From IMG/VR virus record IMGVR_UViG_3300032242_001235, positions 1 to 64,000 of that record: a stretch of 64,000 nt of DNA, one strand, 5' to 3'. Positions 49,190-59,336 of this stretch are shown in pieces. The position numbers and the translations under genes are program-made. This DNA comes from a virus. The stretch's first letter is position 1. Each line of letters opens with the position of its first letter. A model generated the notes under the pieces. It made no database searches. It was given only the letters and a program-made list of their open reading frames with translations, and was not told the DNA's origin.

Positions 49190-49867
49190 ATGATTATAGG
49201 GTTTGTAGGTTTTATTGGTTCAGGTAAAGACACTGCCGCAGATTATTTGGTTAATTTTCACGGGTTTAGGCGAGATAGTTTCGCCAATACACTCAAAGAT
49301 GCAGTGTCCCATGTATTTGGCTGGGACCGAACGCTGCTAGAAGGCCGCACAAAAGAAGCTCGTGAATGGCGAGAACAAGTTGACGAATGGTGGGCAGAAC
49401 GCTTAAACCTGCCACATTTAACTCCACGCTGGGTTCTACAATATTGGGGTACTGAAGTTTGCCGCAAAGGCTTTAACGATGATATCTGGATTGCTAGTTT
49501 AGAGAATAAAATGCGTAAAACTACTGATAACATTGTTATTAGTGATGTTAGATTTCCAAACGAAATTGCTGCGATTCATAATGCTGGCGGAATGGTAGTC
49601 CGTGTAAAACGAGGAGCGGATCCTGAGTGGTATGGTGCTGCGGAAAGTTTCAACAAAGGACCTAATGGCAACGCTACTTGGTCACTAAGTAAAAACAAAT
49701 TAGATCAACTTAAGATTCATTCAAGTGAAACAAGTTGGGTTGGTGGGAACATTGATGTTACTATAACTAATGACACCACTATTGATGATCTATTTGCACA
49801 ACTAAAGGATCTATTGCCGGCAACTGATCTAACACTTGCTGAACGACTTGCATTAGATTTGCTTTAA
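49190..49867 (+). CDS. gp1: Deoxynucleoside monophosphate kinase (T4 gp1-like)
   Basis: MIIG..G..GSGKDT P-loop; FA..LK; PR.+LQ..GTE; ISDVRFPNE; H.SE; GGAG RBS at 49180. Confidence 0.92.
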   Translation: MIIGFVGFIGSGKDTAADYLVNFHGFRRDSFANTLKDAVSHVFGWDRTLLEGRTKEAREWREQVDEWWAERLNLPHLTPRWVLQYWGTEVCRKGFNDDIWIASLENKMRKTTDNIVISDVRFPNEIAAIHNAGGMVVRVKRGADPEWYGAAESFNKGPNGNATWSLSKNKLDQLKIHSSETSWVGGNIDVTITNDTTIDDLFAQLKDLLPATDLTLAERLALDLL

Positions 49868-50199
49868 AAGTCGGGTTTCAAGTCTCCCTGCCGCCATTTG
49901 ATTCCCTCACGATGTAGGAATCTTTGACAGTTAGCACATACTGTCTTAAGATTTGTGAACCTACAATTTGTAAGATCTCCATCTACATGAAACACATCAA
50001 ATACTTCAGGGAAAGTGGATTTAAACCCGCATTTGTCACATACGGCTTTTTTCGTATAGCCAGCTAACCCCCACAATGCCTTTCCATCCTTGCGGCCCTT
50101 GCTACAGTGGTCGCATCTGGATCTATAAAACGGCTTGCCTTCTTTATAATAGTTAATGGCCACCGGTCTTTGCCGACATTCTTTACATAGATTTCTCAT
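49864..50199 (-). CDS. Zn-finger/HNH-like protein
   Basis: Four CxxC pairs; HVDGD..N....NL..VCANC; TAAATA on the minus strand at 50235-50230. Confidence 0.75.
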   Translation of the reverse strand: MRNLCKECRQRPVAINYYKEGKPFYRSRCDHCSKGRKDGKALWGLAGYTKKAVCDKCGFKSTFPEVFDVFHVDGDLTNCRFTNLKTVCANCQRFLHREGIKWRQGDLKPDF

Positions 50200-50229
50200 A
50201 CCCGCCCTTTTAGTGCCCTTTTCCACCAG

Positions 50230-50266
50230 TATTTAACCCGAAGTTTTTTAGATTACTAGCTAAATA
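50230..50266. promoter_or_regulatory. Divergent late promoters (HNH-like gene and sheath)
   Basis: TATTTA 50230-50235 and TAAATA 50261-50266. Confidence 0.7.
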
Positions 50267-50298
50267 AAACAAAGTAATCCACTAAGGAGTTTTTTAAG

Positions 50299-53292
50299 AT
50301 GGCAACGACATTACAATCCCCAGGCGTATCAGTTTCAGTAATTGATCAAAGTTTCTACACACCCGCTGCTCCTGGAACAGTTCCAATGATTTTTGTGACC
50401 AGCAAGCAAAATAAAAGCAACGCTAGCGGCACAAGCACTGCTCAAGGTACTACAAAAAAGAATGCAGGCGTGATATGGACAATTACTAGCCAACGCGACC
50501 TAACTGAGACTTTTGGTACTCCGTATTTTGAAACAGATACGAATGGCAATGCTATTAACGGTAGCGAACGAAATGAATATGGTTTGCAAACAGCATATAA
50601 CCTTTTAGGTATCTCGTCTAAAGTATATGTAGTTCGTTCAGACCTTGACTTAGATATGCTGTACCCAAGCACCAGTATCCCAGTAGGTATGCCAGTAGCT
50701 GGAACATATTGGGTTGATACACACGCCAGTAGATTTGGTGTTAATGTTTGGAGCACAACTGCTAACAACGGCGCAGGCGGATTTACCGCAGTAACTCCTA
50801 AAATTATTGACAATAGCACTACAGCAACATCAGCAACATTTGATGGAACAGTATACACTCCGAAGGCTACATTTGGTGCAGTTGGTGATTATGCAATGGT
50901 TGTTACTAGCCAAAATACTAACCAACTATATTTTAAAACAGCAGGTTCTGGTTGGACTGTTGTTAGAAATACTTTCGACGGTGGCAAAAATGTTGAAGTT
51001 AGTGCAAACTTTGATTATCCAAATTATACTTCAACTGGCACTACTAACGGTAGTGTATGGGTACAAACAAACGCAGTTGGTACTGGTGCAAACTGGGTAG
51101 TTAAATATTGGAATGGCAATTCAGAGTCTTGGACTACTGTAAGTACTCCAATTTTTGCTAGCACTGTAAAAGCTAACTTGGCTTTAGACCCTACAGGCGG
51201 CGGTTCTAAGATCCCTGTTGGTTCACTATTCATTGATGCAGATTATAATAACGGTGTAACAACTAATGCAACTGCTGCATCCTTTAAACTATATAGAAGA
51301 AGTAGTTCTGCTGCAACAACAGTTACAGTAGCATCTAATACAACTGGTTCTGGTGGCACATTTACTCTACGCGAATCACTAGTTAATGGTACTTGGGGAA
51401 CTCCAGTAACATTAACAGTAGCTACTGGTGTTGTTGGTGAGCAAATTGCTCAAGCAATCAATACTAACGGTGGCCTTGTTAATACCAGCGCAGTTTGGGA
51501 CAGTGCTATCAATAGATTGTATATCAAACACAAATTAAGTGGTGAAATTGAATTGACAGATTCTGGTAGTTTATTATCTGGCATTGGTTTAGTTGGTGAC
51601 GGTACTGTAGCAAATCTATATGCTGCTCCTACTGGCGACAGTGCTACCCTATTAGTAAGTAACTGGTCTCCATTGATGTATGAAGCATTGGCATATGAGC
51701 CAGCAACATTACCTGCAAATGGATCCTTGTGGTTTGATAGCAACATTGATGTTGTTGACATTATGTACAACACTGGTGCAGCATGGGAAGGTTATTTAAA
51801 TGCATTTCCAACATCTGACCCAATGGGACCGTTGGTTATGGCAAGTGCCCCAACAACACAATCTGATGGTATCTCAGCATTAGTTAGAGGTGACATTTGG
51901 GTTGATAGCTCTCGCCCAGAAACTTACGGTAAAGTGATATATGTATATGACGGTAACACATGGGTACTACAAGATCCTACAGATCACATTACTCCAAACG
52001 GTTGGGTTTATGCCGATGCTCGTTGGAGCGACAACGGTGTTGATAACACAGAATATGTTACTCCAATTGCAGACATGCTAGTCAGCAACTATGTTGATCC
52101 TGATGCTCCAGATCCACGCTTGTATCCAAGAGGCACTCGTCTATGGAACTTACGCAAGAGCGGAAATAATGTCAAACAATATGTTTCTGGTTATATCAAT
52201 CTACACGCAAACGGCGGATACAATCAAAGAACAGGCGAGTCAATGACTGATTATACAACTGACCGTTGGGTATCTGTTAGCCCTAATGATGAAAATCATG
52301 TAGGTCAATTTGGCCGCCATGCACAACGCAGTGTTGTAGTTAAGTCACTAAAAGCATTGGTAACTGCTAATCAAAGTATCCGTGATACAGATACATTGAA
52401 CTTTAACATTATCGCAGCTCCTGGATATCCAGAGTTGATTACTGATATGGTTAATTTCAATGCTGACATTGGACAAGTTGCACTAGTTGTTGGAGATACT
52501 CCAATGAGACTAACTTCAAATGCTACTACATTGGCAAACTATGGAAACAACGCTGCTCATGCTGTAGAAAATAATGATGTTGCAGCAGTTAGCTATGACA
52601 ACCATTTGGCAATGTACTATCCAAGCGGATTTACAAATGACAACATTGGCAATAACATTGTTGTTCCGCCAAGCTACATGGCTATTCGTACAATTATTGA
52701 AAGCGATGCAGTTAGCTATCAGTGGTTCGCTCCAGCTGGTACACGCCGTGGTATTGTACATAATGCAAGTTCAGTAGGTTATATTGATTCTACTACTGGC
52801 GAATTTGTAACTACTAGTTTATATCAAGGTCTTCGTGATACATTAGCATCCGTTAAGATTAATCCAATTGCTACATTGCCAGGAGTTGGTTTAGCTGTTA
52901 TGGGTCAATATACTCGTGCTTCTGCTTCAAGCAGTTTAGACAGAATTAATGTTGCTCGTTTAGTATCATTCTTGAGAGTTCAATTAGGAAGATTGGCCAA
53001 ACCATTCTTGTTCGAACCAAACGATAGTCAAACACGCAACGAAATTAAGACTGCTGTAGAAAGTTTGCTAATTGAATTAGTAAGCCAAAGAGCACTATAT
53101 GACTTCGTAGTAGTTTGCGATAGTTCAAATAACACTCCTACAAGAATTGACAGAAGTGAATTGTATGTAGACATTGCTATTGAACCAGTTAAGGCTGTAG
53201 AATTCATCTACATTCCATTAAGACTATTGAATACAGGTGCAATTGCATCGGGCAATTTTGGATCACAAAAAACTGGGTCTAAGACCAATTAA
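50299..53292 (+). CDS. gp18: Tail sheath protein with large internal insertion
   Basis: LQSPGVSV..ID.S; WFAPAG..RG; DRINVARL; FEPND; CD.SNNTP..ID...L.VDI.I.P.K..EFI. Confidence 0.95.
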   Translation: MATTLQSPGVSVSVIDQSFYTPAAPGTVPMIFVTSKQNKSNASGTSTAQGTTKKNAGVIWTITSQRDLTETFGTPYFETDTNGNAINGSERNEYGLQTAYNLLGISSKVYVVRSDLDLDMLYPSTSIPVGMPVAGTYWVDTHASRFGVNVWSTTANNGAGGFTAVTPKIIDNSTTATSATFDGTVYTPKATFGAVGDYAMVVTSQNTNQLYFKTAGSGWTVVRNTFDGGKNVEVSANFDYPNYTSTGTTNGSVWVQTNAVGTGANWVVKYWNGNSESWTTVSTPIFASTVKANLALDPTGGGSKIPVGSLFIDADYNNGVTTNATAASFKLYRRSSSAATTVTVASNTTGSGGTFTLRESLVNGTWGTPVTLTVATGVVGEQIAQAINTNGGLVNTSAVWDSAINRLYIKHKLSGEIELTDSGSLLSGIGLVGDGTVANLYAAPTGDSATLLVSNWSPLMYEALAYEPATLPANGSLWFDSNIDVVDIMYNTGAAWEGYLNAFPTSDPMGPLVMASAPTTQSDGISALVRGDIWVDSSRPETYGKVIYVYDGNTWVLQDPTDHITPNGWVYADARWSDNGVDNTEYVTPIADMLVSNYVDPDAPDPRLYPRGTRLWNLRKSGNNVKQYVSGYINLHANGGYNQRTGESMTDYTTDRWVSVSPNDENHVGQFGRHAQRSVVVKSLKALVTANQSIRDTDTLNFNIIAAPGYPELITDMVNFNADIGQVALVVGDTPMRLTSNATTLANYGNNAAHAVENNDVAAVSYDNHLAMYYPSGFTNDNIGNNIVVPPSYMAIRTIIESDAVSYQWFAPAGTRRGIVHNASSVGYIDSTTGEFVTTSLYQGLRDTLASVKINPIATLPGVGLAVMGQYTRASASSSLDRINVARLVSFLRVQLGRLAKPFLFEPNDSQTRNEIKTAVESLLIELVSQRALYDFVVVCDSSNNTPTRIDRSELYVDIAIEPVKAVEFIYIPLRLLNTGAIASGNFGSQKTGSKTN

Positions 53293-53310
53293 AAGGATAA
53301 GGAGCATACA

Positions 53311-53943
53311 ATGCCAATTTCAAGTTTATCAAGATTTACCGTACCAGTTTCGACTGATGCCAGTTCTCCAACACAGGGTCTGTTGATGCCAAAGTTACAG
53401 TATCGCTTTAGAGTGACACTGTTTGATTTTGGAGTAGGCGGAGCCCCGTTAACTGAGTTAACTAAGCAAGTTATGACAGTGGATCGTCCACATCCAGAGT
53501 TTGACGAAATTCCATTACATGTTTATAACAGCACTGTAAAGTTGGCTGGTAAGCACAAGTTTAGTAACCTTAAACTAAAACTTCGTGACGATATGACCAA
53601 CGCAGTTACTAACATTGTTGGCGCACAATTGCAAAAGCAGTTTGACTTTTATGAACAATCCAGTGCAGTTAGCGGATTAGATTACAAGTTCACTATGATT
53701 ATTGAAATCTTAGATGGCGGCAACGGCCAATTTGTCCCAGTTACACTTGAAGCATTTGAAGTTCAAGGTTGCTGGATTAAGACTGCAACTTATGGCAGCG
53801 TTGACTATAGCAAGAGTGAAGCAATGGAAATTGAATTAGAGATCTGTTTCGATAATGCAGTTCAAACTAATGCAGTTGGCCAACTACAAGGTCTTGGCGC
53901 AACAGTTCAGCGTACATTCGGTACAACATCTATTGGTGGTTAA
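53311..53943 (+). CDS. gp19: Tail tube protein
   Basis: Follows the sheath gene; AAGGAG RBS; YRFRV...P...F.E......N..VK.AGK...D..YK...E..G.W..+DY. Confidence 0.82.
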   Translation: MPISSLSRFTVPVSTDASSPTQGLLMPKLQYRFRVTLFDFGVGGAPLTELTKQVMTVDRPHPEFDEIPLHVYNSTVKLAGKHKFSNLKLKLRDDMTNAVTNIVGAQLQKQFDFYEQSSAVSGLDYKFTMIIEILDGGNGQFVPVTLEAFEVQGCWIKTATYGSVDYSKSEAMEIELEICFDNAVQTNAVGQLQGLGATVQRTFGTTSIGG

Positions 53944-53959
53944 TATTACCATAGCATAC

Positions 53960-53985
53960 AAAAAGCCCCTGATGGGGCTTTTTTT
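53960..53985 (+). terminator. Rho-independent terminator
   Basis: AAAAAGCCCC-TGAT-GGGGCTTTTTTT. Confidence 0.9.
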
Positions 53986-54002
53986 ATCGGATAAATATTT
54001 GC

Positions 54003-55064
54003 ATGACACCTAACATAATCAGCCCCAATGGTAGCTTAAATACCGTCTTTAAGAGTTTTGAACACGCTACAAAGTTTTATACCAATAACTATCATAGCCG
54101 TGCTCCGAAGGTAGGCTTTTTATATTTTGTGCAATTTAATTTTAATCAAGATGCAGTACTTGATCCAAGTTGGGATTCTAAATCCATTGGGCTATTTGCT
54201 AAACAGGCTGATATGCCCAAGTTTAAAATAGCAACTGATGTAATAAATCAATATAATAGAAAAACTAATATACAAACTAAGTTAACTTATGAACCTGTCA
54301 ACATAGAATTGCATGATGACAACGGGGATACAACTAATAAGTTTTGGAAAAATTATTATCAATTTTATTATAACGACAGTAGATATACAGCAGATTCCGT
54401 CAAACAATCATATGCTGACACAAAATTTGGATCAACAAGTTACCATTATGGATATGATGCAAAAACTTCTAAATTTATTGATAGTATCGACTTGTATATA
54501 ATGCATCAAGGTCAATATACAAAAATGACATTGATTAATCCTATAATTTCCTCTTGGGATCATGATACATTATCACAATCTGAAGGAAATAAAGTATTAA
54601 GAAATAAAATGTCAGTTGTGTATGAAACAGTTTTATATGATTCTGGATCGTTTACTGCTAACCCAGATGCAGCTAACTTTGCATCTGTATATAATGATTA
54701 TGATGTTACTCCTAGTCCAAATCAAGTTGGTGATATTTTTGCATATAAACAAGATTATGCCATTACTACTGCCGCTGCAAAACAATGGCAAACAACAAAT
54801 TTTAATGGATTGAAACAAGGCGAGAATTATGTAAAACCACCAAGTCAAGGGCAGTTAACAAAAGTTGCCTTGCAGGTCAGTAGTGCATATCGAGCATTGA
54901 ATCAAATTAATCAATTAATAAATCAACCTAGAGCAGCGTGGAATGTCTACGGTATAAACATACATAATGAAGTGATCTCAGCAGTTGCAGGAACAGTCAA
55001 TGCAGCCGCAGTTAGTTTAACTAATACAGCAGCTTTCACACCACCCAAACTGCCAACTAATTAA
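54003..55064 (+). CDS. Tail-tube-fold baseplate protein (gp48/gp54-like)
   Basis: D.PKF.I.T...NQYNRK......Y.PV.I..HDD...W..YY resembles the tube fold; TAAATA 5 nt upstream. Confidence 0.6.
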   Translation: MTPNIISPNGSLNTVFKSFEHATKFYTNNYHSRAPKVGFLYFVQFNFNQDAVLDPSWDSKSIGLFAKQADMPKFKIATDVINQYNRKTNIQTKLTYEPVNIELHDDNGDTTNKFWKNYYQFYYNDSRYTADSVKQSYADTKFGSTSYHYGYDAKTSKFIDSIDLYIMHQGQYTKMTLINPIISSWDHDTLSQSEGNKVLRNKMSVVYETVLYDSGSFTANPDAANFASVYNDYDVTPSPNQVGDIFAYKQDYAITTAAAKQWQTTNFNGLKQGENYVKPPSQGQLTKVALQVSSAYRALNQINQLINQPRAAWNVYGINIHNEVISAVAGTVNAAAVSLTNTAAFTPPKLPTN

Positions 55065-55078
55065 CACAGGATATTAAA

Positions 55079-55549
55079 ATGGCTATTTTCAGTAATCTTC
55101 CAGCTTCGTTGCAGCTGAATCCATCAAGTAGTGACGGTGCATCAAAAGCTATCAGCAATTACTACACCAACCCAATTCAATTGGATTCAAGCACATTAAT
55201 GGCAATGAGTGCGTTTTTTGAAAGTCGAGGATTTGACCCAAGCACTTCAAAAACTATTAGTTCCATTATTATGAATCAAGCCAAACTTGATGATTATAAT
55301 CCAATGACAGTATTGGATAATTTACATGGATTAGACAAACTGGCAATTAGTACATTGGCTACTGAAATTTTAAATTTTAATCGATATAAATCCAGTTTTT
55401 TAGGATACGCAACTGTTCAACAACCACATCCAGAAATTTCTAGGAATATTGAATCCGTGAGCTGGAATTCACAATACGCAGATGTGTTAGTTTTTTCAGA
55501 TGGCTATCCGTTGACTGACGAAAACAATAAACCTCTAGAAGGAATATAA
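55079..55549 (+). CDS. Hypothetical virion protein
   Basis: AGGA RBS; FFE.RGF and LN.NR..SS.LG blocks. Confidence 0.65.
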   Translation: MAIFSNLPASLQLNPSSSDGASKAISNYYTNPIQLDSSTLMAMSAFFESRGFDPSTSKTISSIIMNQAKLDDYNPMTVLDNLHGLDKLAISTLATEILNFNRYKSSFLGYATVQQPHPEISRNIESVSWNSQYADVLVFSDGYPLTDENNKPLEGI

Positions 55550-55550
55550 T

Positions 55551-57137
55551 ATGCCAACAATTACTCAATTACCAATCGCAACTACTATTACAGACAATGG
55601 TGTATTTGTTATAGTAGATCAAGGACAGGCTCGACAATTATCTTGGCATGCACTAGCTAATACCGGATTACAGGGTTCTACTGGAGCACAAGGCATAGCA
55701 GGAGCTACTGGTGCAACTGGAATCAAAGGTGCTACAGGAACAATAGGATCTACGGGTGCTACTGGAGCACCAAGTACAGTGGCTGGGCCAACAGGTGCTA
55801 CAGGAATTCAAGGTGCTACAGGAATTCAAGGTGCTACAGGACTTACAGGCCCGCGGGGTGCGGACGGCATCGCATCAAATTCATCTGGAATTAACATATC
55901 TACTAACGGAGGCGCCAATTTTATAATAACGGCTACTGCTATTATTTTTGGCGGTGACCTACAAGTACAAGTAAGTGAAATTAGCAGAACAACTGCTACA
56001 ATTTATTATACTCAACCAACAGCTTCAACTAGTACATTGGGCGGAGTTAAAATTGGATCAGGTATTAACATATCAAATGGAACAATAAGTGTAAGTAACA
56101 CCAGTAGTTCATATGTATTGCCAACAGCTTCAACTAGTACATTGGGCGGAGTTAAAATTGGATCGGGTATTAACATATCAAATGGAACAATAAGTGTAAG
56201 TAACACCAGTAGTTCATATGTATTGCCAACAGCCTCAACTAGCACATTGGGCGGAGTTAAAGTAGATGGAACTAGTATCACAATTAATGGTGGAGTTATT
56301 AGTGCAAGTGGAGGTTTGTCTATATCTAATGGAGTTGATGTATATGACGAAGATATTTTAGTAGGTACATTTAATGCTCTTAATTTTGTAGGCGGATCAG
56401 TAGTTGCAGCAACTCAATCAACAAGCAACGGCGGAATTGCATCAGTTACTATTAGTGGCGGCACTGGCACTGGATCTTCATATGTATTACCAACAGCTTC
56501 AACTAGCACATTAGGTGGAGTTAAAATTGGATCAGGTATCAACATATCAAATGGCGTAATTAGTGTTACTAGTAGTTCCAGTAGTTCATATGTATTAACA
56601 ACAGCCACATATAATACATTAGGTGGAGTTAAAATTGGTTCTACTTCTTTTAAAGCATCGAGCGACGGCACCATAGATATTGCTAATACATTAACAAATA
56701 TAGATCTTAGCGGAACAATAACTGTCGGCGCAAGGATGTCTAATGTAGTTCTTAATATTACTAGCGCAACTGGATATATTGACTCAACTGGCACTCGAGT
56801 AATCCAACATGACAGCAGGTGGGGAACAACATGGTATCATACTGGTCTAACTGCATCCTTCACCCCTAACTTTACTAATGATTGGTGGGGTGATGGCCGA
56901 GCATATACAAGTGATAGATTAACTACATTAACTATAATTATTGCTCAGGGAACAACTCCTTATAATATATCAAATAATGTCAAAATCAACGCAGTTACCG
57001 TTAGTACAAAATGGTTGGGTGGAATTGCTCCTGTAGCAACTGCAAATAAAACAGAGTTTTATACTTATCAACTATTACGAACAATTAGCACTACCACACC
57101 ATGGATTGTAACAGGTAAGATGGAAAGTTACGGATAA
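55551..57137 (+). CDS. Collagen-like fibre protein with [12 protein letters not shown] repeats
   Basis: G-X-Y run at 55665-55868; five LGGVK repeats. Confidence 0.8.
   Translation: MPTITQLPIATTITDNGVFVIVDQGQARQLSWHALANTGLQGSTGAQGIAGATGATGIKGATGTIGSTGATGAPSTVAGPTGATGIQGATGIQGATGLTGPRGADGIASNSSGINISTNGGANFIITATAIIFGGDLQVQVSEISRTTATIYYTQPTASTSTLGGVKIGSGINISNGTISVSNTSSSYVLPTASTSTLGGVKIGSGINISNGTISVSNTSSSYVLPTASTSTLGGVKVDGTSITINGGVISASGGLSISNGVDVYDEDILVGTFNALNFVGGSVVAATQSTSNGGIASVTISGGTGTGSSYVLPTASTSTLGGVKIGSGINISNGVISVTSSSSSSYVLTTATYNTLGGVKIGSTSFKASSDGTIDIANTLTNIDLSGTITVGARMSNVVLNITSATGYIDSTGTRVIQHDSRWGTTWYHTGLTASFTPNFTNDWWGDGRAYTSDRLTTLTIIIAQGTTPYNISNNVKINAVTVSTKWLGGIAPVATANKTEFYTYQLLRTISTTTPWIVTGKMESYG
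56016..56265 (+). repeat. Near-perfect 105-bp tandem repeat (about 2.4 copies; further copies at 56490 and 56598)
   Basis: Units start at 56016, 56121 and 56226 and encode [35 protein letters not shown]. Confidence 0.92.
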
Positions 57138-57142
57138 AAATT

Positions 57143-57586
57143 ATGAGTTTAAAATTCGCACAGAGTTTCTATAAAATAAGAAATCCAGAAAAATATATAG
57201 GTAGTAAAGATCCCTATTATAGAAGTGGCTGGGAATTTACATTTATGCAATTTTGTGATAATAATCCATCAATTGAATCTTGGGCCAGCGAACCTGTAAA
57301 GATTCCATACCGTGACCCACTTACTGGCAAGCAAACAGTCTATGTACCTGATTTCCTAATCAAATATGTTGACAGGAATCAAAAGAACCATGTAGAAATG
57401 ATTGAGATCAAACCTGCTAATCAAACACTTGCGGAAAAAGTCGGAAAAAGTACCTACAATCAAGCGCAATATGTCAAAAATATGGCCAAGTGGGAAGCTG
57501 CTAGTGTATGGTGTAGAAATCAAGGTATAAAGTTTCGTGTGATAAATGAGTCTGATATTTTTTCCAATACCAGTAGAAAGAAATAA
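57143..57586 (+). CDS. gp4: Head completion nuclease (T4 gp4-like, TnsA-type fold)
   Basis: NP.KY.G.....YRS.WE..F..FCD.NP....W.SE...IPY...Y.PDF...EIKP...N.AKWEAA. Confidence 0.9.
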   Translation: MSLKFAQSFYKIRNPEKYIGSKDPYYRSGWEFTFMQFCDNNPSIESWASEPVKIPYRDPLTGKQTVYVPDFLIKYVDRNQKNHVEMIEIKPANQTLAEKVGKSTYNQAQYVKNMAKWEAASVWCRNQGIKFRVINESDIFSNTSRKK

Positions 57587-57594
57587 GTACAATT

Positions 57595-58086
57595 ATGACA
57601 AAGAAATTAGAAGAAGTGTTTGATCTGCCTCCAAGCAAAGAGGAATATATCACACCCCCGCCTGCTGAAACCGCAGTTACTCCTGAAGTGTTTACACTCG
57701 AGGATCGATTAGAGGAATTTGACAAAATCTCCGCCGCATTACCTAGAGTAAAAGGATTGGGAGATATTAGCGATGCTGAATTTGATTCCCTTGCTGCTAA
57801 AGCTGAACAAGCATATGACGATTTGATGGATTTGGGCATGAATGTAGAAGCGCGACATAGTACTAAAATGTTCGAAGTTGCTGCACAAATGATGAATGCC
57901 GCAATTACAGCTAAGACAAACAAGATTGATAAAAAGCTAAAGATGGTTGATCTACAACTTAAAAAATTAGCAATTGATCGTAAAAATGCCCCTGAAGGCG
58001 GAGAGACAAATGCTATTGAAGGGCAGGGATTTATACTCACTGACCGCAATAGCATCCTTGAAAAACTTAAGAATCTGAATAAATAA
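57595..58086 (+). CDS. Putative terminase small subunit (gp16-like)
   Basis: Helical core L...G...EAR....FEVA..M plus coiled coil and C-terminal beta segment; lies upstream of the large terminase. Confidence 0.55.
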   Translation: MTKKLEEVFDLPPSKEEYITPPPAETAVTPEVFTLEDRLEEFDKISAALPRVKGLGDISDAEFDSLAAKAEQAYDDLMDLGMNVEARHSTKMFEVAAQMMNAAITAKTNKIDKKLKMVDLQLKKLAIDRKNAPEGGETNAIEGQGFILTDRNSILEKLKNLNK

Positions 58087-58092
58087 AACACT

Positions 58093-58695
58093 ATGACTAA
58101 GAACTTTAAAGACTATCTATCTGAAAGTGTTGCTGCCAAGAAACGCGATTTCCGTGTTAAAGTGGCTGGCGAGTTTACTTCTGAACAAGAAGATAAATTA
58201 AAATCAATGCTTGAGAGATTTCAAGTTGACACTTTTAAAAAAATAAAAGTTACTCCAGTACAATCTTTACCATTGGATTTCCCACAAGTTAGAAACTGTG
58301 AAGTTCATATTTTTGAAGTTGTCGTGGATTATCCAACTACTCCACAAGAGTTAACAGAATACCTTGCACAAGGGTTAAATGTTAGCAAACAAAATTTAGT
58401 GGTCCGTAAACCAAACGAACCATATGAAGAATACCAAGAACCAGTAGAGCCACGCACAGGTGCTCTATTAGATGATCCTGATTATAAAGAAGCAGGTAGC
58501 CCACAATTTGAAGATTATTACGGCGACAAATACAATAGCGGATTTGTTAAAGAACTAAACGACATTTTGAAGTTACAACGCAAGGCTCGTGGCGAAGAAA
58601 TTCCTGCTACACCAGCGGCAACTTTTAATACTGATACTCCATCTAACAATACAAGTCCACTACAACCATCGGACTATAACCCCTTAAGGAAATAA
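58093..58695 (+). CDS. Hypothetical protein, possible internal head protein
   Basis: N-terminus MTKNFKDYLSES; TAAATA 58080-58085. Confidence 0.6.
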   Translation: MTKNFKDYLSESVAAKKRDFRVKVAGEFTSEQEDKLKSMLERFQVDTFKKIKVTPVQSLPLDFPQVRNCEVHIFEVVVDYPTTPQELTEYLAQGLNVSKQNLVVRKPNEPYEEYQEPVEPRTGALLDDPDYKEAGSPQFEDYYGDKYNSGFVKELNDILKLQRKARGEEIPATPAATFNTDTPSNNTSPLQPSDYNPLRK

Positions 58696-58697
58696 TT

Positions 58698-59276
58698 ATG
58701 CAAATGATTAACATGTTAAAGCGTTTGGCCGAACTCGACGCTGCTAAATCCAGTTTTATTACTGAAAGCGAATCGGTAGCTGAATGCGGACCAATGGGAA
58801 TGATGGACGGTATGGCTTCTGCCCCAAGTACTCCTGCAAGCATTAACATGTCAGCTGGTAGCGGTGACGAACTTGCTAACATGCTTGCCACTATTATGCA
58901 ATTGGCAGGTGTAAAACAAGTTGGTGCTGATGACCTAGGTGTTGTGCAAGAACCATCGATTATGACTGCTGTTCCATCCTTGGGCGGCGAGCATCAACCA
59001 TCGGCTGGCGAAGATATGCGTGCCGTTTTAGATAAAATGAATGATGCTGGCGGCGAAGAAGATGGCGAAGAAGACGACGAGGAAGAAACAGATGAGGGCG
59101 AGTATGATAACAGCCCTGCAGATGCTGAACCTACAGAACCGTTTAACGCAAACCAATTTGCTAATCAAGAAAACCAACCAGGTGTTGGCAATAGAATGGA
59201 CGGCAATATGCCAAAAGGTAGAGCTACAATGGAAGAAACATTGATGGCTGCTTACAAACAGTTTGTTAACGAGTAA
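58698..59276 (+). CDS. Acidic low-complexity protein, possible prohead core/scaffold component
   Basis: AAGGA RBS; E/D-rich tract; ends YKQFVNE. Confidence 0.6.
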   Translation: MQMINMLKRLAELDAAKSSFITESESVAECGPMGMMDGMASAPSTPASINMSAGSGDELANMLATIMQLAGVKQVGADDLGVVQEPSIMTAVPSLGGEHQPSAGEDMRAVLDKMNDAGGEEDGEEDDEEETDEGEYDNSPADAEPTEPFNANQFANQENQPGVGNRMDGNMPKGRATMEETLMAAYKQFVNE

Positions 59277-59294
59277 TAATAACTGACTAATATC

Positions 59295-59322
59295 AAATAG
59301 CCTCTTCAGAGGCTATTTTTTT
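59295..59322 (+). terminator. Rho-independent terminator
   Basis: AAATAGCCTC-TTCA-GAGGCTATTTTTTT. Confidence 0.88.
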
Positions 59323-59336
59323 CAGTAAATAATAAT

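Noticed and set aside
56016-56600. Direct repeats resembling a CRISPR array
   Set aside because: In-frame coding repeats of 105 bp with no unique spacers and no cas genes
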